A DNA stretch of 64,000 nt from Malacoraja senta (Eukaryota), in the NCBI GenBank assembly GCA_038087875.1, contig CM075994.1, forward strand, positions 11,286,001 to 11,350,000. Reading direction: 5' to 3'. Of this stretch, positions 60,501-64,000 are shown in pieces. The notes beneath the pieces are model-generated. The model ran no database searches, was not told the origin of the DNA, and saw nothing but the letters and a program-made list of their open reading frames with translations. The number at the start of each line of letters is the position of its first letter. The first letter of the stretch is position 1. Made by a program: the position numbers and the translations under genes.

Positions 60501-62608
60501 TTGCCTTGTAGCAATTCTTTGTGACTAGCTAAATGGCATTAGTAAATGTTTCCATTTTGAAATGTTTCTATTGTACATAAAGGTTAAGATTAGTCAGATC
60601 GGAAATGATTCTACGTCCACCATCCCTTTTCTAGGAGAATATTCCTAGGAGAATATTTGACACAAACTGATGGTGTTGTTCTACTGACATTTATATCATC
60701 CTTTTCTGCATAACATTTTTCAATTCTCCTTTGATCAACCCATTCTCTTCCTTTGAAAAAAATCTGTGACCAGTTTGAATTATGCTGAATTGGAGGATCC
60801 AAACGTGGAGAGAACTCAATTTTGAATCCTACAATGCTACATAGAATAAATGAATCATTTGTTATTGATTGCCATTCTTTTAGGAATAATCGTAACCTTC
60901 CCCCTATTTGTGAGTGTGAAACATTTGTTGTGTTTCTTACCAGACCAAGCCCCCTAACCTCGGGATTTGCCACCGGCAGTTGTTGTCCCGTTCTAGTAGG
61001 CACATTGTAACCTCCACGTATCCTCGGTGCAGCACATCAACGTGTATACGAGAATGATAGGATTGTTCCTTCTCCAGCACCACATTTCGCCTGTAGGGAT
61101 ACTGCCTTCTCACCGCTCTGCTCAGCATAGGTGATCCTTTAGTTTCTTTGTTAGATTTTCTCCAAAACAGATTTAGGCATTTGTATATTGGATGGTTTGC
61201 AGAGCCTGCATACTTAGGATGAATATTTGGTCTTATTGCATTTTTATGAATACAATTTATTTCAAAGTGCGCACTACACATGAGTGCTAAGGCATTTTGT
61301 TGTGAATACGACATATAACCTTCATCCAAACCACTGACCCCAGAAATTTCAGCACTTGTGTAATTTCAATTCTTGTGAGCGTAAACCACTGCTCAAATTA
61401 CCCATATCAAGTTATTCACTGCTGTAACTGCTACAATTTCCCGGGTCTCATATTTTTTAATAGTCTCGTCCATGGTTAATTCCTGGGGCTGATGGGAGAG
61501 TAGATAATTTATAGTCATAGCTATTTCCTCTCTCAAAGGTCCCCCTGTTACTCTGGGAACAGCAAAGTTTTGTGCCAGCCTTGGAACATTTGTGGCTCTG
61601 ATAATGGGCTCTGGTCCTCATTTAAATCATCATCTAAATCTAGATATTCATTTTTATGTTGGGTAATTTCTGGCTCCCCTGTTTCAGGTAAGTCTCTGCC
61701 AGATTCGCTCTGCGCGGGCTCACTTGTAGGCCCACGGACAGGCAGCCCTGCTTCAGGTGCTGCTGGCGCTGGCTCAATTCTAGGCCAACGCTTCATTATT
61801 TTTACTCTTTATATTTGTCGGTGCTGGCACATTTATCATTGCCCGTTTGTGCTGCCTTTTGTTCAGGCATTTCTAGTACTGGCTCTCCAATAGGCCAACA
61901 CATAACTTGCCTTTTTCCTGGCATTTTTGGGCACTGGCTCTGCTGTAGGCCAACCTCTTTAATGTTTCTGCACAGGCACTGATGGCTCTCCTGTAGGCCA
62001 CCCTTGTGCCTGTTCCAAGGCACCTCCTGTGCTATATTCATTCACCAACACCGACTTAAATCCTCCTGTGGGGGTTCTTTACAAATCATCTGCCCCATAA
62101 GGAGTTATAAAGTTTTTGCCCCTTGCAGTGTAATACTCTTTCCTGCCTGAGGAGGGCATACCTCCGGGTCTGACTCATCCGAGTCTACAGGTCGGGCCGA
62201 TTTTTTTTTCTCAGCCTTGCGCCCCGCCGCCGGCGGTTTAACGCACCTTCGACCACAACGGGAGTTAATGGCTTCGCTGCCACTGACTCCCCTGACTGGC
62301 GCCTGCTACCCTTAGGATTTGGGGTTTTACTACGGTACGTCCCTGGCCGCCTCTCCTTCCCATTTCTCCATAATAAACTTGAGTGGAGCTCCACCAAACA
62401 AGTCTAAACGGGAAGGAAACGCTCTTGTAAGTGAAAAGTAACCCACTTACCTTCCGACTTTTGTTTTACTTTTGTTTTACTCACCGGCTGGAGGAGCTCC
62501 TGCTCCTCCACACACGGTCATGAACGCTATGCGTCTAATCGATAATGACGCGTGTGCGGCTGGACTGGGGTTCTTCACGTAGTCACTCACGTGACTCCGA
62601 AGTAAAAT
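57518..62608 (-). mobile_element. DIRS1-type retrotransposon B (different subfamily); gag/RT/RNase H disabled, recombinase frame open
   Basis: ITRs at both ends; ICR 57744-57857; RT (ALPNGL..APRLFTK, YLDD), RNase H (INYLEL), MT-like and YR; AAT at both ends; empty site actat-AAT-ccttattc at 35726-35728. Confidence 0.95.
58025..59566 (-). CDS. DIRS methyltransferase-like domain plus tyrosine recombinase in one open frame (start codon unreliable)
   Basis: IDLFASRLN..DAFSLHW..YVFPPF followed by SAQRVQTL, KQSRPG, HSTRAAS, AGWASEQMFHKYY. Confidence 0.75.
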   Translation of the reverse strand: MINWQMKFGPGVLPEKRSCQQYIYQVKINTIADKRSRKFNDNTEWMLNRKIFTQIITQFGMPEIDLFASRLNHQLPKYVSWEPDPGAVVVDAFSLHWGGMFLYVFPPFCLIHKCIQKIKQDSASGILVVPDWPTQVWYPLVLKMGGEKQEKKTLMVIPKQIKLLVHPVTNESHPLHNRIGLLICRSKKAISCKRLSDRTVDVMTAAWRNSTQKQYISYIKKWEVFCSGKNIAYNTAEISDVIEFLSTLHYELKLSYSAINTARSALSAYLSSESEQTPIGAHPWVCRFMKGIFNSNPPRPRYTEIWNVKDVLMFLRNCNPVETLSLSKITMKLVMLMGLVSAQRVQTLQKLRIDRIKVGQNAVTFYVYDLLKQSRPGFTGCKLEFLAYPTDSRLCVVTYVKCYIETTKVLRGAELAFFISHKKPHKKVSTQTISRWLKQVLRYSGIDTDKFKSHSTRAASTSAARDSDVLIDLILVAAGWASEQMFHKYYHKEIKDLRGFGNAVLDTVLNPPL

Positions 62609-64000
62609 GCTTATTCATTCAATGACTTCTAAGTGCACTCCATACCTTGATATGATCCATAATAGGTAAATAAACTTTTGTTACCCTGCTACAACATCAT
62701 TAAATGTTTGCACAGTTGCCGGAAAGGAAAGTGCAAATTACTGTGATGGAATAAAAGAAAAACGTGGAAGCTAAAACCTTTTATATTTCTCCACCGGAAC
62801 GTTGACTGTTGCTCGTCCCACAGATAATGATTCTCCAGCATTTACTGTTTCCAGTTCAGATCAGCACATTTGCTACTTGATCTTCACCTTACTATCTGAA
62901 TGAAGGTGGCAATTGTATAGTTTAACAACCTGCGACTCCTAAACTAGTATGAAGCAAAGAATAGGTTGTGTAAACAGGCCCGTACGAAGCTTTACAAATT
63001 GGGGGGTGGCATGACAGGATTACAAAAAAAATATGTAAAATAATGTGCGCGCTGCGCACATCACGAGCGCGAAGCGTGAAGTCCCTCGATGCCAGGGTCC
63101 AGAGCCCGCTTAAGGACCCAGGAAGCTCAGGGGTGTTAGATGCTCTCTGATGCATCCCGAGCCTTATTTTGGAGGTTTTTTGCAGCAAATCTATGACCAA
63201 TATTTCAGAAATTTACAGGAATCTGAGAGGTAGCTTTTTCACACAAAGGGTGGTGGGTGTATGGAACGAGTTGCCAGAGGAGGTAGTTAAGGCTTGGACT
63301 ATCCTAATATTTAAGATACATTTTGACACGTACATGGATAGGACAGGTTTAGATGGATATGGGCCAAAAGCGTGTGAGTGGGTCAAGTGTAGATGGGACA
63401 TGTTGGTCGGTGTGGGCAAGTTAGGCTGAAGGGCCTGTTTCCACACTGCACCACTCTATGACTGAAAAAGTTAAGAAGAAAAATCCATGTAGATAAGTAG
63501 AGCAGATTTGAAAGAGGAGTGAAATGTAAAGGCAGGGAGAGGTTTATGGGTGGAAAGGAACATAGGAAAGGAGGGGGAGGGTGGGCTTGGGCAGATGGGT
63601 GAAGGGAAAATAGACACAAAGTGCTGGAGTAACTCAGTGGGTCAGGTAGCATCTGTGGAGAACATGGATAGGTGACGTTTAACGGAGTGTGGAGTAACAG
63701 CGGTTCAGGCAGCATATCTGGAGAACATGAATAGGTGACATGTCACAGAGTGCTGGAATAACTCAGTGGGTCAGGCAGAATCTCTGGAGAAAAGGTTTAG
63801 ATTATATTTCGAGTCAAGCCCCTTCTTCAGTAATATGCATGATGTGACATGCATAGACATTCCTGCATGTTACCCAAACCATCGTGAACTACTTTGTGAC
63901 GGTGCTTGCCCTTTCCTACAACGTCTCTGCTGCCTTGCGTGATGCAGGACAGGACACGAGCTTTGGGACATGGTGTGAAGCTGTTGCAGTCTGTCCCAGG

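Larger units (their letters stand above)
45806..64000 (+). repeat. Segmental duplication, copy 2 (runs to the window end)
   Basis: Starts acc(a/g)tggtcagccggatctt matching 17104; final bases match ~37113. Confidence 0.95.

Overview
Repeat-rich vertebrate genomic DNA, probably from a cartilaginous fish such as a skate or ray (inferred from the V-SINE/HE1-like SINE and the CR1, Rex1, Penelope, L1 and DIRS mix). The only host genes I can support form a small cluster of GPR139/GPR142-like class A GPCRs. Two are intact two-exon paralogues on the + strand (24674-24743 + 33444-34390 and 51961-52030 + 55317-56263, 338 aa each). They lie in the two copies of a segmental duplication (about 17104-37113 versus about 45806 to the window end). 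The third is a more divergent, disabled exon 2 on the - strand (44871-45764) whose intron is cut at the duplication junction. The rest is nested mobile DNA. One CR1 LINE is interrupted by a full-length intact L1 (3677-9970) and by a 5'-truncated L1 carrying an apparent ~630 bp 3' transduction (11641-15280). A second CR1, present in both duplicate copies, is interrupted by a non-autonomous Helitron filled with satellite arrays. Two DIRS1-type tyrosine-recombinase retrotransposons inserted after the duplication, each at an ATT trinucleotide, with the empty site visible in the other copy. All calls are by eye with no database search, and boundaries of old repeats are approximate.
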